A program made the position numbers and the translations under genes. 64,000 bases of DNA from Camelus ferus (taxonomy: Eukaryota). The notes beneath the pieces are model-generated. The model was not told where the DNA came from. It saw only the letters and a list, made by a program, of their open reading frames with translations, and searched no databases. The DNA lies in the NCBI RefSeq assembly GCF_009834535.1, contig NC_045696.1, positions 50,780,001-50,844,000 of the forward strand, read 5' to 3'. Shown here piece after piece: positions 39,298-53,485 of the stretch (positions are counted from its first letter, which is position 1; every line of letters starts with the position of its first letter).

Positions 39298-41628
39298 CTA
39301 AAAAAATATTAAACAGTTCATTTACATTTAGGCAAATATTTTAGGAGCACAGTTCAAAAAAGATTTTAAACCAAGGAAAATATAATTGCTATATATACTA
39401 GCCATTTTAAAAAGCACTTATTACTAATAATAACTACAGGATTAGGTAGGATTAAGTAAATCTTCTTAATCATTATACACAATTATTAATAAAAATTATT
39501 ATATCATTATTCATGAATAAGCTAAGTGTTAAAATTAGGTTTAGATTTGTTTCCCTTACGATGCTAGTACATATTTGCTGAGCCAAAAATGTCTTTGTGA
39601 AATATGTTTGGCCAAATATTAAAATTAGGGCTGCCAAGGAAAATCTGCAGTGTGTGGATAGCATATACAGCCTCAGCCTCCTTTGACGGATCATCCTCTC
39701 TCTGCCTGAGTTTATTTCATGTGGATGTTCCCAGGGTTTATGTTCTCTTCCCTCTTCTCCTTTCTCTCCATAAACATTCCCTGGGAAATATTATAGCCAA
39801 CCAAAGCTTCATTACCACTCACAGGCAATTAGACTCCAAATTAACCTTTCTAGTACAGACCTCTCTCTTGAGCTCCAAAATCATGTATTTAACTATGTAT
39901 GGAAAATCCCCATGTTGACATTCCATAGATACATTATTCAAAATGTTGACCCATCCAGTTATTTTATTCTACATGTATTTATTATACACCTACTATGTAC
40001 TCAGAATTTTATAAAGTGCTAGAGATACAATTATAATAAGAAAAACAGGTATAGTCACTGTCATTATGGAGCTTACTTTCAGTGGGAGAGCCTGTTATTT
40101 AGCAAGTCATAAATAAATGTAAACTATAACTGCAACAAGTGTTGCAGAGGTACTGCAAGAGAAAGATTATGCAAGGCTTCCTGAGAAGGTGGTACCTAAG
40201 ACTCAAGGTAAAAGACGAGTAGAAGATAATTCCATAATGACTTAGTGGAGGGCTTGAGGGAGAAGACTGTGTAAAGAAAATAGTATGTGCAAATATCCTG
40301 TGGCACATTTGGGCTCATAAGGAAGATGTGGCCTTGTTGTATAACGTAGGTCAAGAGAACAGAGTGAGAAGAGAGATTGGGACAGAGTCTTGGGGAAACA
40401 ACATTCAACGGCTGGGGGAGGGAGACTAAGAAGCGGTGGCAAGATGTAGAAGAAAGAACCAGGAGAGCATAATGTCCCAAAAGTTGAAGGGAGATGGTAT
40501 TTCAAAGAGGAAGTGAGGGTCAACAAGGTCGACTGAGACTAAGGGGGCAAGAAGGATTAAGTACTAAAAATGTTAAATGGATACCACTGGTGTCTTTAGA
40601 AGAGCAGATCTGGTGGAATTATGAAACAAGAAAGTAATAAGAGTGTGTTAAGGAGGGAGTGGGAGGTAAGGAAATGGAGGGGAATTATCAATCCCCTTGA
40701 GAAAACTGGGAGAAGAAAAATAGGACAGTCACTGGAGGAGAACATAAGGTCACGGAATTTATAAGTGGGAGAGGCTCGAATATATTTAAATACTGATGGA
40801 AATGACTGAGTAAATAGGTAAGGTTAAATTTATATGACAGAAAACGAAAATGAATCGTGTGGAATCTTGGGACAGTGGGAGTAGAATCCAAGGGTCACAA
40901 GGGAGAGCTGGCCTCAAAAGGAAGGCTGACAGCACCTCTACTGTAAAACAAAAAGAAAAAAATGGGAAGAGGAGCAGGCAGATGCAGAGGTAACAGGATT
41001 TTATGATTGGTAGTGGGAAGGTGAAAGAGTTCCCGTCAGAGGGCTCCTAGTTCCTGTGAAGTAAGTGATGCTGAGAATGAGAGTGAGAGTGCCAGCCAGT
41101 GGGAGGCTTGAAGCTTTGAGGAGTGGAGGAGTTTACAGTGGTCACTGTGGGTGAAAGACAGCTGATAAGAGCCATGTCACAGGATTGCTAAGCCACACCA
41201 CGAATTGTGTGGCGGCCATTTGAGTCACTAAGTTATGGAGAAGCTAATCTTTCCTGGTGTGTGATTATCTCCAGCTGCCCTTGGTAATCAATGTAGGCAA
41301 ATATAAATTAGTTGGGGACATTCAGGGATGGATTTTTGCCAGATGTGCATTAAAAAAAAAAGAAAAAACCAGGAGATCAAGGCATTGGAATAGTGTTATT
41401 GACCCTTACTGAAATGAAGAATCATGAAATTTAAGCTGGATGTAAAAGGAAGTTAAGAGTGGACTAAATGGGTGAGAGAAAGCAAATGGTGAATGAACAA
41501 GAGGTGCCTGTGACTTCAGAACACAGGTGGAGCAGAAGTAGCCCAGTGAACAGGCTGGATGGGAGAGAGTTTGAGGCAGAATGTGAGATATCTGAATGGT
41601 TGACTTTTAAGACTGAGTTCTTACAAGT

Positions 41629-42005
41629 TGTTATGGTCTGAATTGTGTCCCATCAAATTCACATATAGAAGTCCTAACCCCCCATATATCCAGTATATGA
41701 CTGTATTGGGAGATGGGGCCTTCATGCAGGTAACTGTTACAATAGGATCATTGGGGTGGGCTCTAAACAAAAATGACTGGTGTCCTTATAAGAAGAGGAG
41801 ATTAGGACACAGAGGGACAACCACACAAGGACACAGTGAGAAGGTGGCCATCTGCAAGCCAAGGAGAGAGGCATCAGAAGACACCAAACCTCTCAGTACC
41901 TTGACCTTAAACTTCTAGCCTAAGGAATGGTGAGAAAGTAGATTTCTGTTGCTTAAGCCTCCCAGGCTGTGTATTCTGTCATATACACTCTAGCAAACTA
42001 ATAAA
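41629..42005 (+). mobile_element. MLT1-type solo LTR
   Basis: tgttatggtctgaattgtgtccc…ctagcaaactaata with a perfect 5-bp TSD caagt (41624-41628 / 42006-42010). Confidence 0.9.
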
Positions 42006-42499
42006 CAAGTGGTAATAGTGCCCAGTGGGTGGCTGTGAAAGTGTGGGAATGAGCTGGAAAGATCGTGGGAAATGAAGAGGTCAAGAAACTCAGAGGCTGA
42101 TGTGGTTTGTTCAATTAGGCACATGGTGTTAATGTCATTCAGAATAATTGCTTGCACTTTGGGTAAAGATAGCTATATTCTCAAAATTTTAATAAAGGAG
42201 TGGGATTGACCAGGTGATAAGATTTAATAACAGTCTAAAGAGAGAGAAGGTGATGCAGTGGAATTATAAGAGCCTCAAAACATCTGTGCTTTTATCTTAA
42301 TTTTATGAGTCTCAAGTCATAAAACTAATACATAAATATTGCTACAAATGAAATCAAAGTTAACTATTATATTTCTCTCTCTGATCTCAAGTAGATATAT
42401 TGAATGCTAAGACACTGATGTGTATTCTTCCACACTTTTCTCTTCCAATAGAATTTTTTCAAGAGGTTAAAAGGGTATTCATTCACTCTTTCAGTGAAG

Positions 42500-45400
42500 A
42501 TATAGTCAACCCACATCCATGAAGATAAGGTAGACAATCACGTTAGAAATAAGACATCAGGAGTAAGAGTCAACAAAACAAAGATAATACCCCCCCAAAA
42601 AAAGTCCCTAAAAACTTCAGATGTTGAAATTATCAAACATAGTCCGAAAAACAATTATGCTTAGTATGGTTAAAGAAATAAAAGGAAAATCTTGAAATAG
42701 CTACAGAAAAAAAGCCTAAAAACAAAACAGATATGAAAAATAACCAAATAAACTTTTAAGAACTAAAAAATACAAAAGCTGAAATTAAGATCACATAGGG
42801 TGGCTTTAACACCAGAGGAGATCATCGAGGAGATAACTATCTGCAGAAAATAGATCAGAAGAAATTTATAAAGTACAGCCTGGGAAGATTTTTTTAAGCT
42901 AGAAAATGCAGAAGATAGGACAAGATATTTAGAGAATAAGATGGAGAAATTCTAACATGTACTTTGATCAGGGTCTGAGACAGAAGGTGGGAGAACAAAA
43001 GCAGAAGACAAACAGGCTAAATTTTTTCCCAAAATTGATATGAGTTTTAAATCCATGGATTCAAGCACCTAGATACATTAGAATGAAATTGCAGGACACC
43101 AAAATCAGAAAATCCTAAACACTGCCAGAAAAGACAAATTACCTTCAAGGGACTGACAATCACACCAACAGGTGGCAAAAGCAATGGAAGTTCTACAGCA
43201 ACTGAATGACATCTTGCATGGGTCAAAAGAAAATTATTACTATGTAGAATTCTATGCTAAAAAAAATCCTTTCACGTCAGAAAAATTTTCAAAACAGAGA
43301 AAATAGAATTTGCCAATAGCAGACCTGCAGTAAAAGAAGTTCTGAAGAATGTATTTTGGACAGAAGAAAAAATTCCCAGATGCAAGAAGGAATAACCAAC
43401 AAAGAAAGTGGTCAATACATGGGTAATTCTTTGTGAACATCAATTGAATATATCTTGTGAGATTTTAAATGTGAATTGTGAAAGATATTGTTTTTTTAAA
43501 ATACACAATGATGGAATATCATTCCAGAAGGAAGGTTGAAGGAAGACTGGAAGGTGCTTGCATTGTCTTGGGTAAAGAATTAACATTAAAATTTCATGTG
43601 TTAGGGCTTTTGCACAACAAAAGGAAACCAATAAACAAAACGAAAAGACAACCTACAGAATGAGAGAAGATATTTGCAAACGATGTGACTGACAAGGGCT
43701 TAACTTCCAGAATATACAAATAGCTCATACAACTCAGTAACAACAACAAAAAAAAAACAAACAACCCAATCCAAAAATGGGCAGAAGACCTAAACAGACA
43801 TTTCTCCAATGAAGGCATACATATGGCCAATAGGCACAAGAAAGGATGCTCAGTATCTCTATTTATCAGAGAAATGCAAATCAAAACTACAATGAGGTAT
43901 CACCTCACACCAGTCAGAATGGCCATCATTAAAAAGTCCACAAATGATAAATGCTGGAGAGGATGTGGAGAAAATGGAACTCTCCAACACTGTTGGTGGG
44001 AATATAATTTGGTGCAGCCACTATGGAAAACAGTATAGATATTCTTTAAAAAGCTAAAAATAGACTTACCATGTGATCCAGCAATTCCACTCCTGTGCTT
44101 ATATCTCAAAAAAAAGACAATTCAAAAAGGTACATGCACCCCAATGTTCATAGCAGCACTATTTACAATAGCCAAGATATGGAAGCAATCTAAATGTCCA
44201 TCATCAGATGATTGGATAAAGAAATTGTGGTATATATATACAACAGAATACTACTCAGCCATAAAGAAGAATGAAATAATGCTATTTGCAGCAACATGGA
44301 TGGACAGATGGACCTAGAGATGATCATAAGTGAAGTAAGTCAGACATAGAAAGATAAATACCATATGATATGATTTATATGTGGAATCTAAACAATGACA
44401 AATGAACTTATTTACAAAACAGAAACAGACTCACAGGGTAGAAAACAAACTTATGGTTACCGAAGGGGACAAGGGAGGGAGGAGGGATGAATTCAGAGTT
44501 TGGGATTAGCGGATACAAACTACTGTATATAAAATAGATAAACAAGGAGGCCTACTGTATAGTACAGGGAACTATATTCAATAATTGTAATAACCTATAA
44601 TGAAAAAGAATATGAAAAGGAATATATATGTATATAACTATGTTAGTTATATAGAAACTAACTCAACATTATAAATCAACTATACTTCAATTTAAAAAAA
44701 TCAAAGTGTGAGAAAACTGAAGTCTCCATCAAAAAACTATTAGAATAAATAAATTCAGTAAAGTTACAGGATATAAGATTAATATACAGAAATTTGTTGC
44801 TTTTCTACATACTAATAATGAACTATCAAAAGGAAAAGGCAGGGAAACAGTCCTGTTTAAAATCACATTAAGAAGAATAAAATACCTAGGAATAAACTTA
44901 ACCAAGGTGGTGGAAGATTTATACTCTGAAAACTATAAAACATTGATGAAGGGAATTTGAAGATGTTACAAAGAAATGGAAAGACACTCTGTGTTCATAC
45001 ACTGGAAGAATATTGTTAAAATGACCATACTACCCAAGGCAATCTATAGATTTATGCAATCCCTATCAAAATACCCATGACATTTTTTTACAGAACTAGA
45101 ATAATTCTAAATTTTACATGGAACCATAAAAGACCCCAGAATAGCCAAAGCAATCGTGAGAAAAAACTGTAACAAAGTGGGGAGTAATCATGCGCTCCAA
45201 CTTCAGACTATACTAACAAAGCTACAGTAATCAAAACAGCATGGTACTGGCACAAAAAACAGACACATAGATCAATGGAACAGAACAGAGAGCCCAGCAA
45301 TAAACATACACACATATGGTCAATTAATCTACAACAAAAGAGCAAGATTATACTATGGGGAAAATAGTCTATTCAATAAATGCTGCTGGGAAAAGTGGAT

Positions 45401-47270
45401 AGCTACATGTTAGAGAATAAAAGTAGAACATCTTTTCACACACAAACAAAAATAAACTCCAATTGGATTATAGATCTCAATGTAAGACTGAAAACCATGA
45501 AACTCCTAGAAAAACACATAGGGGAATACTCTTTTTTTTTTTTTTTTAATTTCAGCAGTATAGGGGAATACTCTTTGACTTAAATTATACCATTTTTATT
45601 CATCTCTTAAAGCAAAGGAAACAAAAGCAAAAATAAAACGGGATCTAATCAAACTTACAAGCTTTGCATAGCAAAGTAAATTATACATATAAATAATAAC
45701 AAAACCCATACTCATAAAGAAAACAGACTGGTGGTTGCCAGAGGTAGGGGTTGGGGGATGGGCAAAGTGAAGGGTGTCAAAGGGTATAAGTTTCTAGTTA
45801 TAAAATAAGTCATGGCGATGCAATGTACACCATGATAACTATAGTTAATAATACTGAATTGTGTGTTTGTTGTTCAGAGAGTAAGATCTCAAAAGTTTTT
45901 GTGTATGGTGATGGATTATTGCCTAGACATATTGCAGTTTCTAATGTATACAAATATCAAATCGTGTTGTACATCTGAAACTAATTTAATGTTATATGTC
46001 AATTATATTTAAATAAAATGTTTAAAAAGAACTATAATCACTGAAGACATTAATTTAAAAAGAAAAATCACCTCAGGGAGAGGATATAGCTCAATGTTAG
46101 AACACATGCTTAGCATGCACAAGGTCCTGGGTTCAATCTGCAGTACTTTTATTTTTAAAAAATTAAAATAAATGAATAAATAAACCTAATTACCTCCCTC
46201 GCCAAAAAAAGAAAAAAAAACTATGTAAAAGTAAAATAAAAAAATAAAAATCACCTCAAAAAAAACCCCAAAAAATAAAAAACGAACTCTGTTCTCAGAT
46301 CTCAGATGGCTCCACTAACAAGTTTGCCGAATGTTCAGAATTGTAATGTAACACAGACTCTCCAAGAGAATAGAAAAAAGAAGGAATATTTTACAACTCA
46401 TCCCAGGAGATAGAATAACCTTAACACACTTGATGATGAATTATGAGGACAGAAAATATTAGCCAAATCTTATTTATAAATATAGATACAAAATTCTAGT
46501 ATCAGCAAACTGAATTCAATAACACATGAACAGTTTGCTGAAACAGCTAGTTCAAGACAGAGAACTACAGCCACAGCTCTAAGGGTCAAGATCCCAGGAG
46601 AAGGGAAGCTGAGTGAGGTAAGCTGGGCATTCTCTGCAACTCTTTCTCCTAAGCGCATTGGGAAACTTACTGCATGGGACCCAGAAGCGAAACAGATTGC
46701 AGTGTCTCAGAGTTTAGGCTTTCTCTCAGAGATGAAGAGACAAGCTGAAGGTCAAAGTGGCAAGAAAATTAGGACTTTGGGGGGCACATGACACCAGAGA
46801 AAAGGGAAATGCAGAAAAGTGAGACTGACATTCTGCTGGGCCTTTGCCTTAAAAAAAAGTATTTATATATATAAATACACATATATATACACACATACAT
46901 AAACACACACACAACCCTAAGCTGCATGGGAACAGGATTTATTCATTTCATCCAAAAGTCACACTATTGTTTACTTTCATTTTTGAAAGATACTGCTACT
47001 GGGTATAAAATTGTGGTTTGGAAGTTATCTTCTTTTAGCAGTTTACAGTCCTATATCTATTGAAGAAATTATTAAAATTATTAAAAAATCCTCCAACAAG
47101 TAACAACTCAGGTCTTGAGAACAGAAAATATCTCTTTAAAAAATAATAATAATAAGGTCAAAAATACCTTGATTCCAAAGCTGGCAAGAACATTACAAAA
47201 GGGGGAAATTATCACTCTGTTATGAATGTAGACACAAACATCCTTAATAAAATATTAGCAAATTGTGTGT
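42500..47270 (+). mobile_element. LINE-1 cluster: old ORF1-like remnant (~42500-43450), L1 3' end (~43605-44700), second L1 ORF2/3' end with internal deletion (~44715-46020), further scraps
   Basis: The ORF track gives [23 protein letters not shown]…CWRGCGE. Two separate A-rich tails are present. Confidence 0.85.
46076..46245 (+). mobile_element. tRNA-derived SINE (Vic-1-like)
   Basis: A and B boxes. Perfect TSD aaaaatcacctca (46063-46075 / 46246-46258). Confidence 0.9.
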
Positions 47271-48162
47271 GTTAAAAAAAAAAAACAATCACTTGATGTG
47301 TGAGGATGACAAGAGGGAGGTCACTTTAGGCAGAGAAGATCATTGTTCAAAGATTAATGCATTAAACAGTGAGGAACAAAGAAGACATAGAAGAAGACAG
47401 ATTTAACAGATGTTTAGGATGCATAACCAATGGGTGTCTTGGTGAACCACCAAAGTAGGGTGGTTAGAGGTAGGGAAGAGACACCTTTAAAGATTTTCTC
47501 ATTTGGATGACAGGGATAATGGTGATCCCAGAAAAATGCAGGAGGAGAAAAAAACATGTTTTGGAGAAATTCTAATGAATTTGACTTGAACCCCTCAAAA
47601 TTACCCCTAGTAATTCAAAAGATCACCAAGTTCTGTCAACTCTACTTTCTACCTATCTCTTGTCCACACAGTCTTTCAAACCTTAGTTTTATTCTTATCT
47701 GGAACACAGCTGCACAATAGATCCACCTGCCTCTCATCTGCCCCCTTGTAACTTCTCCATCTTGTTGACTAAGTGATCATGGTAGTGAACAGTGCAGGGA
47801 GAATGGTGTGTGTGATGCACCGTTATTGGAAATCAAAACAATGGGCAGAAGCTTAATACATTCAGGAAGGTAGGAGGTCTGACCATTGGGCTGGTGTGAA
47901 CTAACAGCTATTGCTATTTGGACAATTAAAGTAGGTAGCATATCAGTTACACATGGTAATTTACTTTTTTCCCCAGCTTCATTGTAATATAATTGACGTA
48001 ACATTACGTAAGTTTAAGGTGTACAATGTGATGATTTGATACATGTATATATTGTGAAATGAGAGTAATTTACTTTTACATTAGTAATTCCCAAATAACA
48101 TTAGGAATACAAGTGCTAATTGGCACCACTGCCTGCTTGAGGGATTTGGGTTTTTCCTCCTA

Positions 48163-48465
48163 CTTTTTTTTAAACTTATTTTGAAATAATTCTTAAGAAG
48201 TTGCAAAGATAGTACAAAGAGGTAACGCGTCCCCTTTGCCCAGTTTCTCCCACTGGTTACCTCTTCTGTAACAGTATCAAAACCAGGAAACCAACATTAA
48301 TATAGAATTGTGTATAGTTCTATGTCATTTTATCACATGTGTAGATTTGTGTAACCATCCACAGCAATCAAAATGCAAACTATCCCATCACCACCAAGAT
48401 CTCCCTCAAGTTGCCGCTTTATAGTCACACCCACCCCCATCCCACCCATCATCCCTAACCACTGA
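48163..48465 (-). mobile_element. Old LINE-1 3' end, reverse orientation
   Basis: Poly-T followed by ttattttgaaataatt…agaagttgcaaagatagtaca, typical of an L1M 3' UTR reverse complement. Confidence 0.65.
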
Positions 48466-49147
48466 AAAATGTTGGTTTCTTTTTTAACTTCCTATCTAGG
48501 GAAATGATTGAAGGATCCACATTAATAATATATGTGGTGATACAATCGTTCATGTTTTAACACAGAGCATCCTTTGCAGCTCTCGTTCCCTTCACCTACA
48601 CCCCTTGCACCCACCTTTTCTCTACCGACTCACATACTGCCAATTCCTCAAGATTCAGGTACAGTTATATAAAATAATAACACGTCGACTTCTCCCCTTC
48701 TTGATATTCCTGTTCTGTATTCACGGCACATGCCGTCTATACCACTGGTATCACTGATATTTTAATCACCTATTCCCTTGTAAAACCTTGTATTGTTCTG
48801 TGATAGAATTATTTAACTTCTAAATATGTACTTTTTTCTTCTTCAAAAGATACCGTTTTGTACCGCTTATTGAATCCATCACCAATGCCCAGCAAAGATG
48901 AAAACAATGAGCATTTGTTAATTTTTAAAACATTCTTTGAGATACTATGTTTTCTTTAGAAGAGCTCAATAGATTACAGATGTTACCCCAATAATCCTTG
49001 ACAGTACTGCTATGCAGTTCATCAGTATTATCATGCTGGAATCTAGTACAGCACCTGGTTTAGACATTCAATAAATATTTAGATGAATCAATTATCCTAC
49101 GTTCAAAATTAGGGAAATTAGAGGCATTAAATAAGATTAGTTATCAA

Positions 49148-49294
49148 GGGGGTAGGGTATAGCTCAGTGGTAGAGCGCATGCAGTCCTGGGTTCAATCCC
49201 CAGTACCTCCATTTAAAAAATTTAAATAAATAACTTAATTACCTCCCCTCACTAAAAAAAACAAAGTAAAGAAAAACATTTTAATATTTTTTAA
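49148..49294 (+). mobile_element. tRNA-derived SINE (Vic-1-like), with a small internal deletion
   Basis: gggtatagctcagtggtagagcgcatgcagtcctgggttcaatcccc. TSD aagattagttat / aagattagtaat. Confidence 0.9.
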
Positions 49295-49763
49295 AAGATT
49301 AGTAATGTATACTGAATTGCCAATTGTTGTTAGGAAAGAGGCAATGGAAGATTAGAAGAGAAAATGGAAGTGGAAATGGGGGCAGAAGAGAAGTAAAGCA
49401 ATAAAGATGAGGACAAGTATATTCAGACCTTAGAACTGAACAACTTAATCAGAAGGACTGGCAGACTCAACACAATCTGACATGTGTATCTGGCTAAAGT
49501 CGCCATTGTTGAAATAATGTCTGACAGAATCCAGTGTTTGGAGAGCAGATTGTGAGCAAGTAATTAGTTATGGAAGAAAGAGGTGGTGGGACGGGCATGG
49601 AGCTCCTGAGTGATGCTCTACTGGTTACGCTGAGCAGCTTCCCTGGCCCCTCACTGCAGGACCCAGGAGTGGGGCTAATAATTCCACCTGCTATTCTCTA
49701 TCTACCAGATCACTTCACTGTGTAGCAACTGAGAATTAGGCATGAAGACAAATAACTACTTAC

Positions 49764-49874
49764 ATGAGAAGTTGCAGACCCCATTAACTGGCAAACAGGT
49801 CCAGGGGTAGTAATATAACCGATTGGTTTATAATCCTTTTCCACTTCGAAGAAGAAGACAGTTTTATCTTTACT
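49764..49874 (-). CDS. CFAP44: CFAP44 window exon 9 (111 nt)
   Basis: cttag|AGT AAA…TCT CAT|gtaagt; [37 protein letters not shown]. Confidence 0.93.
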
Positions 49875-50482
49875 CTAAGAAAAATAGAAATACTGTCAAA
49901 TATATATTATTATGAAATTTATTCCATAAAGGACAAAGAAACATTTAGTAACTATATTACATCCACTATATACTTATACCTACAATGATCATATATCCCA
50001 GATTTTCTGGGAACATGCTTATTTCAAATATTTGCTTCGTTTTCCCAATGAGAATATTTGACAAACCATGTTTTCTTGTATGTGGGTCTGAAAAAATGAT
50101 CACCATACCTGTACATGAGATTAATTCACAAAAAAATTCTACAACGCATATGCTCACCTATTTATGCATGTTATTCTCTTAATTTACGACAATTCTATAT
50201 AAGAACACAGCTATGTTATAAAATACTGATTATACATAAAAGACGCTGCATGATTCCCAGTTGAAAATTTGTATTCATTAAAAATAAGCATTACAACTCA
50301 ATTTGTAAGAATATTTTTAAATGTCATGCATAGATGATACTGAATACGAATACAAAGAAAGCAAAATGTGGATATCTTCTTGAAGGAATATCAGCAGATA
50401 AGGCATCATTAAGTAAGCAGACTAATAAGGCAAGGTTAACGACAAACATTCAGTGGGAAACAAAAGGAAATCTACTACTTAC

Positions 50483-50692
50483 CCCTGTGGCTAGAATTTC
50501 TCCATCACGGTCATAAGCTAAAGCAGTGACAGGAGCAGTGTGGGGTTTGAAAGCCTTTTTTAGTCGAATATCTGCATCCAAAATTCTCTTCCGTCCCACA
50601 AAAATTGTGAGCCCTTTTGGATCATAAAGGTCAAGAATTCGAACAACACCATCTTCAAATCCTACAATAATCTGTCCTCCAGTGTAGCTTAC
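50483..50692 (-). CDS. CFAP44: CFAP44 window exon 8 (210 nt)
   Basis: ctaag|GTA AGC TAC…ACA GGG|gtaagt; [26 protein letters not shown]…[11 protein letters not shown]. Confidence 0.92.
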
Positions 50693-50889
50693 CTTAGACA
50701 AAAAGAAATGCAAAGGATCTGAAATTAGTTAATTACGAAAGTTGTATTACATAACAGATACTTCAGGATTTTATTTAGACTTAAGTAATTTAACTAATTG
50801 TTCATTGGTAATTCCACATACCACTTTCTGGTAACCTCCATCTATTCTAGGACAGTCCCTTATCACTGCTGACCATGAGACAAGTAAAC

Positions 50890-52400
50890 AATGGCAATCC
50901 AAACACTCAACGAGTAGAGTGTCTATCTACCACGTGCCAGGCGCCCATCACCAGCAACCAAGTGTGAGCATAAACACTTTCAACTTGTTTTCACGAATTC
51001 ACGGTCAAGTGGGAGGACAGACATTAACCAGCCACACAAACATTAATCAACTACACAAATGAATGTGGAATTATGAACTGAAATAAGCATTAAAGAAAAA
51101 CATTCTCTGGGAGCAGATAGCAAAGAAAGCTGACCTAGGCTGAGGGAGGAAGAGATGGTGGAGCTGAGATCAGAGGGACACCCAGGAATTAACAAAGTAC
51201 AGGAACACTTCTGAGAGAGGATATGGCTTGTGCAAAGGTCATATGGCAGGAAATAATGTAACTCAGGAAAAAGTTTGACCAGAGCAGACTGAGTGAGGGA
51301 GCAGTGTTTCCACAAGCAGGCACTAGGTCACAAAGTAGCTTACATGTCACATTAAGGATTGTCTTCGTCCTAAGAGCAGTGGGGAGACAAACAGTTTTTA
51401 GTTGGGGGTTTGGGGTGGGGAGGTGACATGATCAGATCTGCTATTTCAGAACAATCATCCTAGGTGCAGTGTAGGAAACAGATCTGAGATGGCATAGACA
51501 GGATGCATGGGAATCTGGAGGGAGACTAAGTGACAGCTGCTGTACTCCTGGAGACTGACTGTGGTCACCTGGTCTGAGGTGGTGTAATGGAGATGAGAAG
51601 TGTGGACACAATTTAGAGATAGGTATAATGGGTCCTATTTGGTGATGACTGGATATGAGGAATGAGGCAGAGGGAGGTGTCAAGGATGACTGAGACATTT
51701 ACTAAGACAGGAAACACTGGAGAGGAGTCAGGTGTGTGTGTGTGTGTGGTTTGTTGCTGCCATTATTGTTTTTATAGGAGGGGTGGCTGGGGGCCAGCAG
51801 ATCATGAATTTAGTTTTGGACATGATGAGTGTGAAGTCTCCTGGAAATCCCCAGATGAAGATGACATACAATCTGCGGCTTAGAGGAGAAGTCTGGGCTG
51901 GAGCTATAAATCTGGCCTTGTCTGAATACATTAAGTGTGCCATCTTGGAAGGCATTCACGAGAGGGGCAAGAGCCCTGGTATTCTTTAGAGCAGATTGAT
52001 CATCCCTGAGGCCAGGCAGTTACATAATCTTAGGAATAAGAAAACTATGTTTCATTCAATTCCAGTTGCATGCTGTTTATTTAAACATTTACTAAGTATG
52101 TCAATGTACAAGTAACTCAAGAGGCACTGGAAGTACAAAGAAGAATAAGGTATGGTTGTCGCCACGAAGAACAATCTGGTGGGAAAGACAGTCAATAAAG
52201 CAAATCATCTCAGTACACTGTGGTAAGTGCTTTCGGAGAGGTATATGCACAGTCCTTAAACAAAAATCACAGAGGAAGGAGTACCGAGCTCTACTTGAAG
52301 GTGGGGTCCCGGAGGGCTATGCAGAGGAGATGATGTTTGACCTGAGATAAATTATAAAGACTATGTGCAGTTTTCCAGAAAGGCAAGAGTGTATGGAGAA
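50890..52400 (-). mobile_element. Decayed L2 fragments
   Basis: Typical reverse L2 motifs (gaatttagttttggacatgatgagtgtgaagt; agtctgggctggagctataaatctgg). Boundaries are approximate. Confidence 0.65.
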
Positions 52401-52759
52401 GGGGCAACCCTAGCATAATATCCGTATGACCCTTACTTCAATATAAGGCTAAAAGAGAAAACATTCTCTGGACATTGTACAAGCATCTAAATAAATGGTT
52501 CAGTTGTGAGGGCTGTATTTTAAAGACTCTCGGTGAGAGCGTAAATATATGAGGATAAAGAGTGATTGAGTTTGGTTATCTAAATACTCTGAGGTTTCCA
52601 CTCAATCAAGCCTCATCACGGTTCTGCTTCTATTCCCTGGCCTGAGTTCTCCTTCTGATCTTGGTCCCATCATGAAATTTCCTGCCAGTCAAACCATCTC
52701 CACATCTATTTTGGGCCTGGAATATTTTCTCTTTGATTTCAACCTAAAACAGTAAGGAT

Positions 52760-53320
52760 AAAATATTCCCCAAATATTCCCATGACCTTTAAACACATGG
52801 CTGCAAACTCTTTGACATGCATCCCATGGAAAGATGGGGTGGAAGTCCCTCCCTCCTTGAATCTCGGTGCAGCTTGTGACGGCTACACCCACCCAACTGA
52901 GTATGGTACAAGTCATATTATGTGACTTCCAAGGCTAGGTCATAAAAAGACAGCAGCTCTGCCTTATTTGTTAGAACACTAGATCTTGGAGCCCTGAGCT
53001 GCCATCAAGAAGTGTGTGACTGCCCTGAGGCCACCATGCTGTGATAATGAGCTTTCCATGTGGCATGGGCTTCAGGTAAGCACTCCTGTTGACATCCTAG
53101 CTTAACCCAGCCTTCAACTGAGGTGCCAGACGTGAGACAAAGATCTTAGATTGCTCCATTCGCCACCTGGGGCCCCAGATACAATGAAGCAGAGATAACC
53201 TATGCCTGCAGTCAGGTGTATGCATTCCCAAACCAGAGCACGTGAGAAAAATAAGATGACTGCTGTTTTGCGCCACTACATTTGGGGTAGTCTATTACAC
53301 AGCAATAGACAATTATAGTA
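52760..53320 (+). mobile_element. MLT1-type solo LTR (older subfamily)
   Basis: tgtgacttccaaggctaggtcataaaa…ggagccctgagctgcca…tattacacagcaatagacaa. Confidence 0.8.
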
Positions 53321-53341
53321 ACTCCCTATCTCTCATTCTTT

Positions 53342-53485
53342 TTTTTTTAATTTTTAATTTTTTATTGGGGGGGTAGTAATTAGGTTCATTTATTTATTAA
53401 TTTTTAGAGGAGGTACTAGGGATTGAACCTAGGATCTTGTGCCTGTTAGGCACGTGCTCTATCACTTGAACTATATCATCCCCCC
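53342..53485 (-). mobile_element. tRNA-derived SINE (Vic-1-like)
   Basis: Reverse SINE body. TSD atctctcattcttt (53328-53341 / 53486-53499). Confidence 0.9.

Larger units (their letters stand above)
38480..42240. mobile_element. Cluster of decayed L2 fragments in both orientations, in the introns on either side of exon 10
   Basis: Pyrimidine-rich L2-like tracts at ~38480-39090 and ~39690-39940, and a long purine-rich reverse tract at ~39950-41620. Boundaries are approximate. Confidence 0.6.

Noticed and set aside
49148..49215. tRNA gene calls for the A/B-box elements
   Set aside because: All seven copies have A-rich tails, TSDs and degenerate or deleted stems, so they are SINEs.
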